A DNA stretch of 64,000 nt from assembly GCA_046485075.1 (NCBI GenBank), contig JAWOHR010000091.1, positions 19,668 through 83,667 on the forward strand, given 5' to 3'. Below are positions 46,251 to 55,953 of the stretch, one piece after another. The position numbers and the translations under genes were made by a program. The DNA is from Bacteroidales bacterium. Lineage in GTDB: Bacteria; Bacteroidota; Bacteroidia; Bacteroidales; GCA-2748055. Positions within the stretch are counted from its first letter, which is position 1, and the number at the start of each line of letters is the position of its first letter. Below the pieces are notes generated by a model. That model did not search any database. It saw only the letters and a program-made list of their open reading frames with translations, and was not told the origin of the DNA.

Positions 46251-47315
46251 ATGATAACACTAGTTTTATATTTATTCCTTGCTTTATTTGTTTCATTCCT
46301 TTGTTCTATAATGGAATCTGTACTTCTTTCAACTCCACTGACTTTTTTGATTGTAAAGAAAAATAAAGGACACCACTGGGCAAAGTCTTTTATCGATTTG
46401 AAATTACATATAGATAAACCTTTATCGGCAATATTATCTTTAAACACTGTTGCTCATACCATTGGAGCCGCTGGTGTTGGAGCGCAAGCTGTAAAGGTAT
46501 TTGGCGAAGCATATTTCGGGATCGTATCTGCCATTCTAACCATTCTAATTTTAATATTTACAGAAATTATTCCAAAAACGATTGGGGCCAGATATTGGAA
46601 GGATTTAACAAGGGTTGCGTATTATACAATTAAATCAATGATTTTTATTACATATCCTTTAGTTTTATTGTCATCTGTAATAACCAAAGTTTTTTCAAAA
46701 CAAAATAATGAACAAACTACCAGTAGAGAGGAAATTGCAGCTTTGGCGAGCATAGGTATGGATGAAGGTTTGTTTTCGGACAAGGAGAATAAAATAATTC
46801 AAAATATACTTAAACTGAAAAATGTTAAAGTAACCGAGATTATGACTCCAAGAGTTGTGGTGGCCGTAGCTGATGAGAATTTGACTTTAAATGACTTTCT
46901 AAAAAACAAGGATTTCTTGAAATTTTCAAGAATTCCAATTTACTCGGGGAACGATGAAAACATTACCGGGTATGTGTTCAGACAGAAAATATTCGAAAAT
47001 TTAGCTGAAAACAACAATCATCTGAAACTAAAAGAAATAAAACGGGAGATTGTAATTGTTCCGGACACAATGGTGTTGTTCTCGTTATGGGAAAAACTAT
47101 TAGAAAAAAAGGAGCATATAGCACTGATAGTTGACGAATATGGTGGATTAGACGGGATTGTAACAATGGAAGATATCATTGAGACTCTTCTTGGATTGGA
47201 AATAGTTGACGAGAAAGATACAATAACCGATATGCAGAAATTTGCCCGAGAAAGATGGGAGACACGACAGGTAAAATATAATCTGATTGATAAATTGGAT
47301 ATGAATGACAAATAA
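46251..47315 (+). CDS. CNNM (DUF21) + CBS-pair membrane protein
   Basis: SFLCSIMES, AILSLNTVAHT.GA, EIIPK, IMTPR, FSRIP, VDEYGG..GIVTMEDIIE. Confidence 0.92.
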   Translation: MITLVLYLFLALFVSFLCSIMESVLLSTPLTFLIVKKNKGHHWAKSFIDLKLHIDKPLSAILSLNTVAHTIGAAGVGAQAVKVFGEAYFGIVSAILTILILIFTEIIPKTIGARYWKDLTRVAYYTIKSMIFITYPLVLLSSVITKVFSKQNNEQTTSREEIAALASIGMDEGLFSDKENKIIQNILKLKNVKVTEIMTPRVVVAVADENLTLNDFLKNKDFLKFSRIPIYSGNDENITGYVFRQKIFENLAENNNHLKLKEIKREIVIVPDTMVLFSLWEKLLEKKEHIALIVDEYGGLDGIVTMEDIIETLLGLEIVDEKDTITDMQKFARERWETRQVKYNLIDKLDMNDK

Positions 47316-47411
47316 TTGTCGCTAAATTATTTTGGATTCTGAAATACTATTTTCTTCGGAGACGGAATTTACACCACCCCCAGGCGATCAGTTTTCATTT
47401 CACTGGCAAAT

Positions 47412-47443
47412 CGGAATTTCTGAGCAAACGTCAGGCTAATATG
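47412..47443 (+). repeat. Degenerate right end of the attC-like repeat plus cassette left boundary
   Basis: CGGAATTTCTGAGCAAACG resembles CGGAACTTCGTTTAGCAAGGC (56266-56286). GTCAGGCTAATATG (47430-47443) is near-complementary to 48043-48057. Confidence 0.55.
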
Positions 47444-47472
47444 AAAAGAAGAAGATTTCTACCAAGAAGATG

Positions 47473-47503
47473 ATTAGTACTAATAAAGTACGTATATTTG
47501 TAC
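47473..47503 (+). promoter_or_regulatory. yefM-yoeB promoter/operator
   Basis: Perfect palindrome ATTAGTACTAAT (47473-47484); GTAC cores at 47477, 47488 and 47500 (11-12 bp apart); TATATTTG -7 element at 47493-47500. Confidence 0.75.
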
Positions 47504-47524
47504 TTAATAAAATACTTAAATATT

Positions 47525-47782
47525 ATGATTGCTGCGAATTATACCGAATTTAGGATAAAGCTAAAAAAGTATCTTGATAACGTTGAGGAGAATAATGAGA
47601 CCTTGATTATCAAAAGGGGTAAAGGAAAAGGGACAGTTTTGATTTCTTTGGATGAATATAATTCTATCATGGAAACAGTTCATCTGTTAAGCTCTAAAGC
47701 GAATGCAGATAGGCTTTATGAATCAATCAAGCAAATGAAAGAAGGAAAAGTATTTCAGAAGGATCTTATAGAGGAGAAATGA
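47525..47782 (+). CDS. yefM: Phd/YefM antitoxin
   Basis: MIAANYTEFR..LKKYLD.V......LIIKR...VLISLDEYNS..ET.HLL. ATG 47525 lies downstream of the promoter. Confidence 0.92.
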   Translation: MIAANYTEFRIKLKKYLDNVEENNETLIIKRGKGKGTVLISLDEYNSIMETVHLLSSKANADRLYESIKQMKEGKVFQKDLIEEK

Positions 47783-48039
47783 GAATAATATTTTCAAAAA
47801 ACTCATGGGAGGATTATACGTCATGGCTTGCGGAAGATAAGAGCATGTTGAAAAAAATAAATGAGCTGATCAAAGATATTCAAAGAACCCCATTTGAAGG
47901 AAAAGGTAAACCTGAGCCGTTAAAATATGATTTGGCAGGGTTTTGGTCACGGAGAATTAATAGAGAACATAGATTGGTTTATCAGGTTATAGATAACGAA
48001 ATCTTAATCTATAGCTGCAAATACCATTATGATAAGTAA
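47779..48039 (+). CDS. yoeB: Txe/YoeB toxin
   Basis: WEDY..W, GKGKPEPLK, WSRRINREHRLVY, YHY; ATGA overlap with the antitoxin. Confidence 0.95.
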   Translation: MRIIFSKNSWEDYTSWLAEDKSMLKKINELIKDIQRTPFEGKGKPEPLKYDLAGFWSRRINREHRLVYQVIDNEILIYSCKYHYDK

Positions 48040-48042
48040 GAA

Positions 48043-48155
48043 CATACTAAGCCTGACAGCTAGACCAAATTGCTTAACTTACAGCTAAAAGTAATTTTTG
48101 GTCCCACCCTTACGGGCTTCACAGTCTGCTCGGGCAAGCACGGCAGTCTCCGCTC
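48043..48155 (+). repeat. attC-like intergenic repeat, copy A (left and middle parts; right end missing)
   Basis: ...GCCTGAC AGCTAGACCAAATTGCTTAACTTACA...GTAATTTTTGGTCCCACCCTTACGGGCTTCACAGTCTGCTCGGGCAAGCACGGCAGTCTCCGC aligns with copies at 56113 and 57250. Confidence 0.8.
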
Positions 48156-48181
48156 ACTTCTCATGCCCTTCTTTCCACTAA

Positions 48182-50272
48182 CTACCAGCTTGCGTTTTGA
48201 AGTACATTCCCTGAACTCAGGTCTTCAAACTCATTCACTGACTCGAAATCGCTATTAATGCTCCCCAGGTTTGCACCAATGGCTATGCCGTAACCTGCAC
48301 CATGCGCTATTCTTGAGCGGGTGACATTGAGTTTCGATACGACGTTTTCACCTACATATAAGTTTGCAGTCGGAACGCATGACTGGTCAATTTTTCCCGC
48401 ATATTCAATGACGGTATTATCAAGGATATTATGATCGCTGTTGGACTGAAAATGAATTCCATTCCAGTAACCTTTTGTTTCGGAAAGTCCCGTAAAAACA
48501 ATTTTCAACTCATCTGTTCCCTGGGCATTCAGATAGCCGTTACCGTTGATTTTGATTCCTTTCCCGTCGGCAAATTTCAATACCGCCCCTGGCAACAGCT
48601 TTAATCCGGATTGTATGCCCAGGTTTTCACTTACCAGGTATGTTGCCCCAAAATTCAATTTAGGCCAGACCGATTCCTCGTGGTTGGTTCGTAATAAAAC
48701 CGAAGCAATTATTTCAATTCCATTGTGCCCGTTGCCAATGAATTCCATGGCAACCATATCGTTGGCTTTCCATACTTCATTAGCAGGTAATGCCATTGCC
48801 GCTTTGGTATTGTAACCAAACTTATTGAACGAACAGGCTGTTAAACCGGCCTTATTTTCAACATATAGCCCATATCCTCCGCTCCTTCCGATCTTTGAAT
48901 TGTTAATGCTGAGTTTTGCCTTACGCTCACCATCCAGTATGATCGCAGCATTTTGTTCAAAGCCATCTATGGGTTGACTACCGGCACCATATATCTCAAC
49001 ATACTTCAATTCATTATTTTCATTAGCGGACTGAATGCTAATACCTTTCCAGTATCCGGTTTCATTTGGTTCAGCTCCGTGGAACTTTATGGGATCAGCT
49101 CCGGTACCCTGGGCGATGATATAACCATTGTACCCGACAACAAATTCTGCTCCGGCATCAAATAAAAAATGAGTCCCGTGCAGAATCCTCAACCCACTTG
49201 ATACATGCACTTTGCCCATAATACGGTACGGCACTGTTTGAGCGGGAGTGTGATTGTCAATGGCCCGCGACCAAAATATTTCTTCCAGCCCGTATACATT
49301 GTCCCCCAGTACATCAATCATATTTACTTCATTATCGAAAATGTAGCCATTCATGGTATTGATTTGTGATGCGGGAATCAGGGCCGGACGGTGGTTGTTT
49401 ATCAGGAAAACATCAGAGGTACTAACATTTAAACTGGTGGCTGATTCAACTACAAGACCATAAGCCTTACTATACTGAAGGGTTGATGTCGAAAGCGTCA
49501 GCTTTGCATGTGATTCACTATCGAGCGCAAGATTGGCTGCGTAATCGATTCCGATAGCAGTATTACTTCCCCCGTATTCGATGATCACATATTTAAGGAG
49601 ATTCAGTTCGCTGGGCGAATTAATGATCAACCCCTTCCAGTACCCGGGTGTTTTTTCCTTACCGGTGAAAATCACTTCCTGTTCAACCCAACCTTCGGCA
49701 CGAATGATTCCCTGAGATTCAAGATACATGGCTTTATCGGCTTCAAAGGCGATGGTCACCGAGGGTCCTATCGTAAGTAATCCTGTCACATGGACATCTT
49801 CAGTGATCATATAATCAGGAATTGTGGGATCATCAATCAGGTTTGTAAGGATCCTGTCTTCCTGAATATCCTGGCTGATAATGACCGTTTCATTATCCGG
49901 AGCATTCGTTTCCCCGTTTACCTTAATGTTGATATCATCGGTATCAGAAAAAAAATTGTTTTGTATTTTCAACTCAACTACATAAATTCCTGCTCTATCT
50001 GCAGTGAACGTTGGCGAAACAGTGGTTGCATCTGTCAAAGTAGCAGTACTGTTCTCTGGTTTACTTTTGATGTTCCAGAGATACTGTAATGCCTTATCAT
50101 TCTCATCTTTGGAGTTGGACCCATCGAGAACAAGCACTTGATTTATTATTACTTGCTGGTCATTTCCTGCGTTGGCTTCCAATGTGTTAATTGGAGGATT
50201 TTCTATTACTTCCTCTTCACATGAAGTGAATAGTAATGAAACTGCGAACAATACGATTAATGCTTTTTTCAT
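48182..50272 (-). CDS. Lipoprotein with PKD/Ig-like domain and three long beta-helix-like repeats
   Basis: MKKALIVLFAVSLLFTSC lipobox; ANAGNDQ..LDGSNS..W PKD-like domain; repeats centred on GYWKG/GYWKG/GYWNG. Confidence 0.8.
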   Translation of the reverse strand: MKKALIVLFAVSLLFTSCEEEVIENPPINTLEANAGNDQQVIINQVLVLDGSNSKDENDKALQYLWNIKSKPENSTATLTDATTVSPTFTADRAGIYVVELKIQNNFFSDTDDINIKVNGETNAPDNETVIISQDIQEDRILTNLIDDPTIPDYMITEDVHVTGLLTIGPSVTIAFEADKAMYLESQGIIRAEGWVEQEVIFTGKEKTPGYWKGLIINSPSELNLLKYVIIEYGGSNTAIGIDYAANLALDSESHAKLTLSTSTLQYSKAYGLVVESATSLNVSTSDVFLINNHRPALIPASQINTMNGYIFDNEVNMIDVLGDNVYGLEEIFWSRAIDNHTPAQTVPYRIMGKVHVSSGLRILHGTHFLFDAGAEFVVGYNGYIIAQGTGADPIKFHGAEPNETGYWKGISIQSANENNELKYVEIYGAGSQPIDGFEQNAAIILDGERKAKLSINNSKIGRSGGYGLYVENKAGLTACSFNKFGYNTKAAMALPANEVWKANDMVAMEFIGNGHNGIEIIASVLLRTNHEESVWPKLNFGATYLVSENLGIQSGLKLLPGAVLKFADGKGIKINGNGYLNAQGTDELKIVFTGLSETKGYWNGIHFQSNSDHNILDNTVIEYAGKIDQSCVPTANLYVGENVVSKLNVTRSRIAHGAGYGIAIGANLGSINSDFESVNEFEDLSSGNVLQNASW

Positions 50273-50385
50273 GTCTTTTGTATGATTATATTTTATGATA
50301 CAAAATTGACACGAATCAGTAGGATGTGAAATACCTGATCGACAGGAATTCAACTACCAAGTAGACGGTATTTTTTGACTGGAAA

Positions 50386-51039
50386 CTAATTAATCAGTTT
50401 ATGCTTTAGTGCAAACTTGTAGATACCAAGTGAATTTCTCACGCCTATTTTCTTCATTAAATTTTTACGGTGGGTTTCTACCGTTTTAATACTAATGAAT
50501 AATTTTTCGGCAATTTCAACATTTGAATTTTCTAAAGCGACCATCTTTAAAATTTCAGTTTCTCTTTCTGTGAGGATATCCAATTCGCTTATTTCTTCTT
50601 TGACTTTCTTTTTCTTTAGAAATAGACTTTGTGCCAACTGGGTGCTTATTGACTGGCTCAAATAATTCTCTCCCTTCATTACCTGAAGTATGGCTAATTC
50701 GAGTTCTGCTTTACCGGTATTTTTCAGGATATAACCGGAAGCTCCTGCCTCCAGCATCGCCTGAATCGACTCCAATTCATTGTCCATGGTCAGTCCAAGT
50801 ACTTTTACCGAAGGATAAAGTTCCCGGATCATTCTGGTGGCTTCCAGTCCATCTATATCGGGCATGTGAAGATCTACAATCACAAGATCTCCTTTTATTG
50901 TTTTCAGTTTTTCCAATAGCTGCGCTCCATTATTCACGGAAGCAACTATTTCTACATAAGCGATCTGCGAAAGCAAAGCGTGCAATCCGTCCAAAAACAT
51001 CTGGTGATCATCGGCCAATAAGATTTTAATTTTGTCCAT
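50386..51039 (-). CDS. NarL/LuxR-family response regulator
   Basis: LADDH, VDLHMP, GASGYILK, LTERE...IAEKLFIS.KTVETHRKN. Confidence 0.95.
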   Translation of the reverse strand: MDKIKILLADDHQMFLDGLHALLSQIAYVEIVASVNNGAQLLEKLKTIKGDLVIVDLHMPDIDGLEATRMIRELYPSVKVLGLTMDNELESIQAMLEAGASGYILKNTGKAELELAILQVMKGENYLSQSISTQLAQSLFLKKKKVKEEISELDILTERETEILKMVALENSNVEIAEKLFISIKTVETHRKNLMKKIGVRNSLGIYKFALKHKLIN

Positions 51040-51042
51040 CCG

Positions 51043-54000
51043 TCAGGCATTTAAAGGAATAGTAACGTTATAAATGGTTCCCCGGTTCAAAGATGAATCA
51101 ACATCAAAATAACCATTTAGAAGTTTCACCCTTGAGTGGATATTTTTTAATCCCAAACCCGAATTTACCACGCTTGTATTAAATCCGACTCCATCATCTT
51201 CAACCATTAAGTTAATACCATCGTCGGTTTGGGTAATACTCATGTCAATTTGTTTTGCTGAAGCATGTTTGATGATATTATGAATGATTTCCTGAATAAT
51301 ACGGTACAATGTAAATTTAATGGCTTCTGATAAATTGTCAGCTAAGCCATAAGTCTGAAAATGATACTTTAATCCGTTTCTCTTTAACAAATTTTCAGCA
51401 ATTTCAGTTAGACTTTTGCTTTTAAGATCCGGAGGCATAAGGTTGTGTGAAATTGTCCTGATTTCATCAATACTTTCATCAAGCAACTGTAAAGGTTTTT
51501 GTATGAGTTGATCAGTTGACTCAATCCCAGATAAATTTAATTTGACTAAAGCCAGCATTTGCCCCACACTGTCATGCAATTCCTCGGCAATCCGTTTCCT
51601 TTCTTTCTCCTGAGATTCGATTACCGCCTCCATTTTTTTCTGTTCCTGAATTTGTAATTCCTGATTCAGCCGGTTCAAATTTTCATTATAAATGGCATTT
51701 GCCAAAGCAATGGAAGTGTACTCGATCAATAATGAAAACAAATCATTTTTTTCAGTATTCTCTGAATTCATGTCTTCAAGATAAATCAGACCTACTGTTT
51801 CCAAACCAGATAAAATGGGGTAACAAAATACATTGGCAGGATTGGATTGAATAAAATATGGATCATCGGCAAAATGGACTATCTTTCTCACATCTTCCAG
51901 CATGACCTTCTCGGCCTTATTGATTGCGAAATTTAAAACTTTGCAGGGCAGTTGGGTTTCAATCTCACTTAGGGGTATATTCTCCAAACCAGACCATTCA
52001 GGCCTGTTCGTTAAAAGCACTTGCCAGATGTTGTTCTGCTGGATCAATATAACACCAACCCGGGCTTTGCTTTGTTCCACCAGGTTTGATAATAAAAATT
52101 CGCCAAGTTTTGCCAAATTCATTTTCTGACTTAGGGCTGTTTTATTAATGATGCTTCTAACCCATTGATAATCTGGATATAATGATGGTCTGACAGAAAG
52201 ACTACTTATAATTATAAATGGATATTTTTGTTTCATCCACTCAACCTTGGCATCGGCTCCCCATTTTGAATACGATTTGAAGGCATCTTTCAGATAAATG
52301 CCGGCCAAATGATGCCTGCTTTTGCTGAGATAATATTCTCCGGCCAATTCGGCGGCGATGGCAGCGTGGTGAATAAATTTCTGTGCCTTCGCTTCCTGAA
52401 TAGCCTGATCGAATAACATTGTGGCGATTTCAAATTCGCCTTTGCATTTGGCTATTTCAGCTTCAATTAATAATGCTTTGTGAAAATAGTTGCCCGATCC
52501 AAAGTCCGAGAGCCTCCGGAATTCTTCCAGCTTTGGAGTAACCTTGTCCAAAACCTCTTTCAATAACAGAGGGTTCCTGTAAGCCGATTGTAACAGGCTT
52601 AAGCTAAAAAATAAATAGTGCTCAAGTTTAATCTGGAAACCACGATAAACGTTTTCAAGGTTCTCGCAGGCATACCCGGCATCCAAAGCCCTGGAATAAT
52701 TACCTGATAAGTAATTAAGCTTTTGTAAGGCAAGTTTTAAATGATACCTGCCACTGAGGTTATACTCTGCCTCTTTGATTAAATCTTCTGAGAAATCAAA
52801 TTTGCTTTCCTGAAAACCCGGTTTAATCCCGGCAAGGTAAGCGCTCAGGTCGGAATCACTGCTGCTGATAAAGAAAATATGTTGATTTTGGCTTTCTAAC
52901 CTTTTGGAATATGAAATATGCTCCTTGAGATTTTTCCCTCGGTAAATATTTAATAACCTGATATTTGTGGCGCAAAATGAGGCGTAATGATGATCTCCTG
53001 CTTCTCTCGCCAACTGAACCGATTCCTTCAACTTTTTCACACATACTTTATAGTGGTTTTCCCAGGCAAAAAAGTTTAGAGTTGCAATATAATAGACGAT
53101 ATGTGCATAACTGTTAAATGGAGGTTGCCCGATCATCCGGAGTGAAATTTTCCCCAATAGAAATGCCATTGATACATATGATCTGCTAACAGATGCAGAT
53201 AAGAAACTAACTGAAAATAAAACCGGAGTCATGGGTGTGAGTCCATTTGTAAAACTCATCAATAAAAATTTAATTCCCATGAAAAGATTTTTCCTTACAT
53301 CCATGTAATAGACAAAAGTCATGGAATTCATTACCAGCTTCATCAAATCCTGATATTCCTGGTCGGGATTTATCAAAAGATTAAAATTGGTATCTTCAGT
53401 TATACCGGCAGTAAACTGGTTGATTTCGTATGAATCGGCTGCGGCTTGCCGCAATATCTCATCCGGCCGATCAGGAAAGACAATACCAAAATCATTCAAC
53501 ACCGATTCCAGGCTATTGAGCCCATCCACTAAGATTTCCTGTACATCATTTTTGTAAATCAATGCTGAACAAACTCTTATCTTGATCAGGGTTGCTAAAA
53601 TTTTCTGATGCCTGTTTATTTTTAATTTCAAAACTTCGTTCGAGTAAAATAATGCCTGATCGAATTTTTGCATCAGGAACATGGTTTCGGCATATCCAAA
53701 CTGAATGAAAAATTCCAGATCATCATTGCTTATTTCCCTATTTTCAAACAAATCCATCAGTTTTTGATCGCTGACAACTATTCCAGCAGGCGGATGGTAT
53801 TTTACCAATTGATCAGCAAACGAATAATACTTCCAGGCCCTTTCAAATGCAGATTTTTTAATGGCTAACCGTGCTGCCTGAATATTTAAAAGAATATGTT
53901 TGGGAGCAAATCCACATTTTGTTTTTTCCGTTTCCCAGCCGGCATTGAGATGATTGATAGCCTGAAAAAAACCATTTTGATCGTAATTATCCAACCCTGA

Positions 54001-55233
54001 CAAGATGATACGACCGATTTTCTGATGAAGAACGAATTTCTGATGATCGGTTATTAATTCATTGGCAGCTGTAAATATATTGTCGTGTGCAAAAATATAA
54101 TTGGAGTCTTCTTTTATCAGTAACCCATCATTTGTCATTTTCAAAAGAATCAGGTCAATTTCTTCTGAAGACAACCTAATGATTTGTTTTAACAAATCTG
54201 CTTCAAAATAGAACCCAATACAGGAAGCCGCAGAAAATAGATGCATTTGATGAGGAGGCAACATTTTAAGTTGTTGCTGGACGAAATTGACCGAACTTTT
54301 TGCCCGATTGAACCTTGGAAGTTTTTCCCAGAAGAAGGAATCGTGGTTGGTTTCATTTTTAATTAAGTGCTCATTTTCAATAACTTTAATTATTTCTTTG
54401 ACTTTAAACGGATTGCCTTCACTTTCATATTCCATATATTTATTAAATGCATCTGACTCTTGTTGGTTGAACTTCCATTGGGTAGGAATAAGTAATTTAA
54501 TATATTGTGGTTCCAGTGGATTTAGGGAATAGGTAAGCGTTCTACCCGGGTTTTGTTTTTTTAAATTGTCGATTTTTAATTGTAAATCGGGTTTGTCTTC
54601 AAGAGGACGGTAAGCACCGATAATGATTAAATCAGTTACTGCATTACGGTTTATAAGTTCCTCAATTAAAGTCCATGAAGCATTGTCTGCCCATTGCAAA
54701 TCATCCAGAAAAAGTATGATTTGATATCCGGTGCGGGTGATTGATTTTAGAAATTTATTTAAAAAATAGTAGAATTTTGACTTAATCTGATGTGCCTCTG
54801 TTTTATCAGGTGGCTGAATATTGAACTGATTTCTGCCAAAGAAAGGTTGCAGTTCTTCAAAAACAGAAGTTACGGTACCAATATTATTTTGCAGAGTTGA
54901 GACAGCATTTTCTTTTAGTTTGTTAAGTTCTTCTTCCGATAAAACAAGAATCTGATTCATCCATCCCTTCATCGCCTCTTTCATCGCCTGGTATGGAATC
55001 TTCCCAGGCTGATTGCTGTATTTCCCATATATTTTGAAGCACTTCAGCTTTTTATAATCGAATAAAACCTTCTGGATTAAGGTTGTTTTACCAATACCTG
55101 CTTGTCCCTCAATAAGTAGCAAAGAGGTATCTGAATTTTTAAATTCAGCCATCGAATTTAAAAGAAACACCAATTCCTCTTCACGTCCAATGAAATAATG
55201 ATCCATAAAGGGCTTTTCCGTAAGAGTTGTCAT
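51043..55233 (-). CDS. Soluble AAA/STAND ATPase - helical repeat - GAF-like - HisKA_3/HATPase histidine kinase
   Basis: FIGREEE, GQAGIGKT, LFLDDLQWAD, GNPF, FAHD; ERKRIAEELHDSVGQ, EIIHNIIKHA, EDDGVGF, GLGLKN. Confidence 0.87.
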   Translation of the reverse strand: MTTLTEKPFMDHYFIGREEELVFLLNSMAEFKNSDTSLLLIEGQAGIGKTTLIQKVLFDYKKLKCFKIYGKYSNQPGKIPYQAMKEAMKGWMNQILVLSEEELNKLKENAVSTLQNNIGTVTSVFEELQPFFGRNQFNIQPPDKTEAHQIKSKFYYFLNKFLKSITRTGYQIILFLDDLQWADNASWTLIEELINRNAVTDLIIIGAYRPLEDKPDLQLKIDNLKKQNPGRTLTYSLNPLEPQYIKLLIPTQWKFNQQESDAFNKYMEYESEGNPFKVKEIIKVIENEHLIKNETNHDSFFWEKLPRFNRAKSSVNFVQQQLKMLPPHQMHLFSAASCIGFYFEADLLKQIIRLSSEEIDLILLKMTNDGLLIKEDSNYIFAHDNIFTAANELITDHQKFVLHQKIGRIILSGLDNYDQNGFFQAINHLNAGWETEKTKCGFAPKHILLNIQAARLAIKKSAFERAWKYYSFADQLVKYHPPAGIVVSDQKLMDLFENREISNDDLEFFIQFGYAETMFLMQKFDQALFYSNEVLKLKINRHQKILATLIKIRVCSALIYKNDVQEILVDGLNSLESVLNDFGIVFPDRPDEILRQAAADSYEINQFTAGITEDTNFNLLINPDQEYQDLMKLVMNSMTFVYYMDVRKNLFMGIKFLLMSFTNGLTPMTPVLFSVSFLSASVSRSYVSMAFLLGKISLRMIGQPPFNSYAHIVYYIATLNFFAWENHYKVCVKKLKESVQLAREAGDHHYASFCATNIRLLNIYRGKNLKEHISYSKRLESQNQHIFFISSSDSDLSAYLAGIKPGFQESKFDFSEDLIKEAEYNLSGRYHLKLALQKLNYLSGNYSRALDAGYACENLENVYRGFQIKLEHYLFFSLSLLQSAYRNPLLLKEVLDKVTPKLEEFRRLSDFGSGNYFHKALLIEAEIAKCKGEFEIATMLFDQAIQEAKAQKFIHHAAIAAELAGEYYLSKSRHHLAGIYLKDAFKSYSKWGADAKVEWMKQKYPFIIISSLSVRPSLYPDYQWVRSIINKTALSQKMNLAKLGEFLLSNLVEQSKARVGVILIQQNNIWQVLLTNRPEWSGLENIPLSEIETQLPCKVLNFAINKAEKVMLEDVRKIVHFADDPYFIQSNPANVFCYPILSGLETVGLIYLEDMNSENTEKNDLFSLLIEYTSIALANAIYNENLNRLNQELQIQEQKKMEAVIESQEKERKRIAEELHDSVGQMLALVKLNLSGIESTDQLIQKPLQLLDESIDEIRTISHNLMPPDLKSKSLTEIAENLLKRNGLKYHFQTYGLADNLSEAIKFTLYRIIQEIIHNIIKHASAKQIDMSITQTDDGINLMVEDDGVGFNTSVVNSGLGLKNIHSRVKLLNGYFDVDSSLNRGTIYNVTIPLNA

Positions 55234-55325
55234 TCTCTTGTTAAAGAATTGAAGATAACTAAGATAACGCTATATATTTTCCTTTGTTCAATAATATTTT
55301 CTTTCCCTGAAATGAAAGACAAGAG

Positions 55326-55392
55326 TAATTAACACCAGATATACAATTATTGATCAACCTGGTATAATTTCGTTTAGCGAGGCATTGGCTAC
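55326..55392 (+). repeat. Compact or degenerate attC-like copy and left boundary of the second TA cassette
   Basis: Clear right end AATTTCGTTTAGCGAGGC ATTGGCTAC (55366-55392); weaker left end TAATTAAC-ACCA-GATATAC-AATT. Confidence 0.7.
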
Positions 55393-55450
55393 AATACCAG
55401 AAGGAAATTATGCAATTAGATAATAATTGCGTAATGGAAAGGAAAAATCG

Positions 55451-55458
55451 TAAATTTG
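55451..55458 (+). promoter_or_regulatory. -7 promoter element of the TA pair
   Basis: TAAATTTG (TAnnTTTG) 16 nt before the antitoxin ATG. Confidence 0.6.
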
Positions 55459-55474
55459 GAAAAATGAAGAAAAT

Positions 55475-55657
55475 ATGTTAACCAAGGATAAGATAAAGAA
55501 GTCGATAGATTCTTTGCCTGATAATTTAACTGTTGATCAGGTTATAGATAGAATTATCATGCTGGATAAGATTGAACAGGGGCTAAAGGATGTAGAGTCT
55601 GGCAATGTATTTACTACTGAAGAAGCTAAAGCCAAGTTAATTAAATGGTTAAAGTAA
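55475..55657 (+). CDS. Putative type II antitoxin
   Basis: 60 aa (IDSLPD...KIEQGLKDVESG...EEAK) overlapping the start of a RelE/ParE gene. Confidence 0.8.
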   Translation: MLTKDKIKKSIDSLPDNLTVDQVIDRIIMLDKIEQGLKDVESGNVFTTEEAKAKLIKWLK

Positions 55658-55953
55658 TTTGGACAGCCAGATCTTTAAAAGACCTTGAAGAAATTGGAGA
55701 ATATATCTCAAAGGATTCTCCAAAATATGCAAAACTTACCCTTGAGAAGCTTATTGAAAATACAAAGTTAATAGAGCATAATCTGTTAATTGGTCGAATT
55801 GTCCCAGAGGTAAAGCAAAGAGATTTTCGTGAGATTTTAACTGGAAATTATAGAATCATTTATCAGACAATGAAAGGGGAGTATGCCTACATATTAACCA
55901 TTCATCATACTTCAAGATTGCTATCGAACAATCCAACTTTTAAGAGAAAATAG
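55645..55953 (+). CDS. RelE/ParE-family toxin
   Basis: VIWTARSLKDLEEIGEYISKDSP..A, GRIVPE, REI..GNYRIIY, I.H..R. Confidence 0.9.
   Translation: MVKVIWTARSLKDLEEIGEYISKDSPKYAKLTLEKLIENTKLIEHNLLIGRIVPEVKQRDFREILTGNYRIIYQTMKGEYAYILTIHHTSRLLSNNPTFKRK

Noticed and set aside
48070-48258. Short ORFs and N-terminal extensions overlapping the repeats (48070, 56735, 59148, 60454)
   Set aside because: They are translations of the non-coding repeat. Downstream ATGs with lipoprotein signals (56801, 60517) are better starts.
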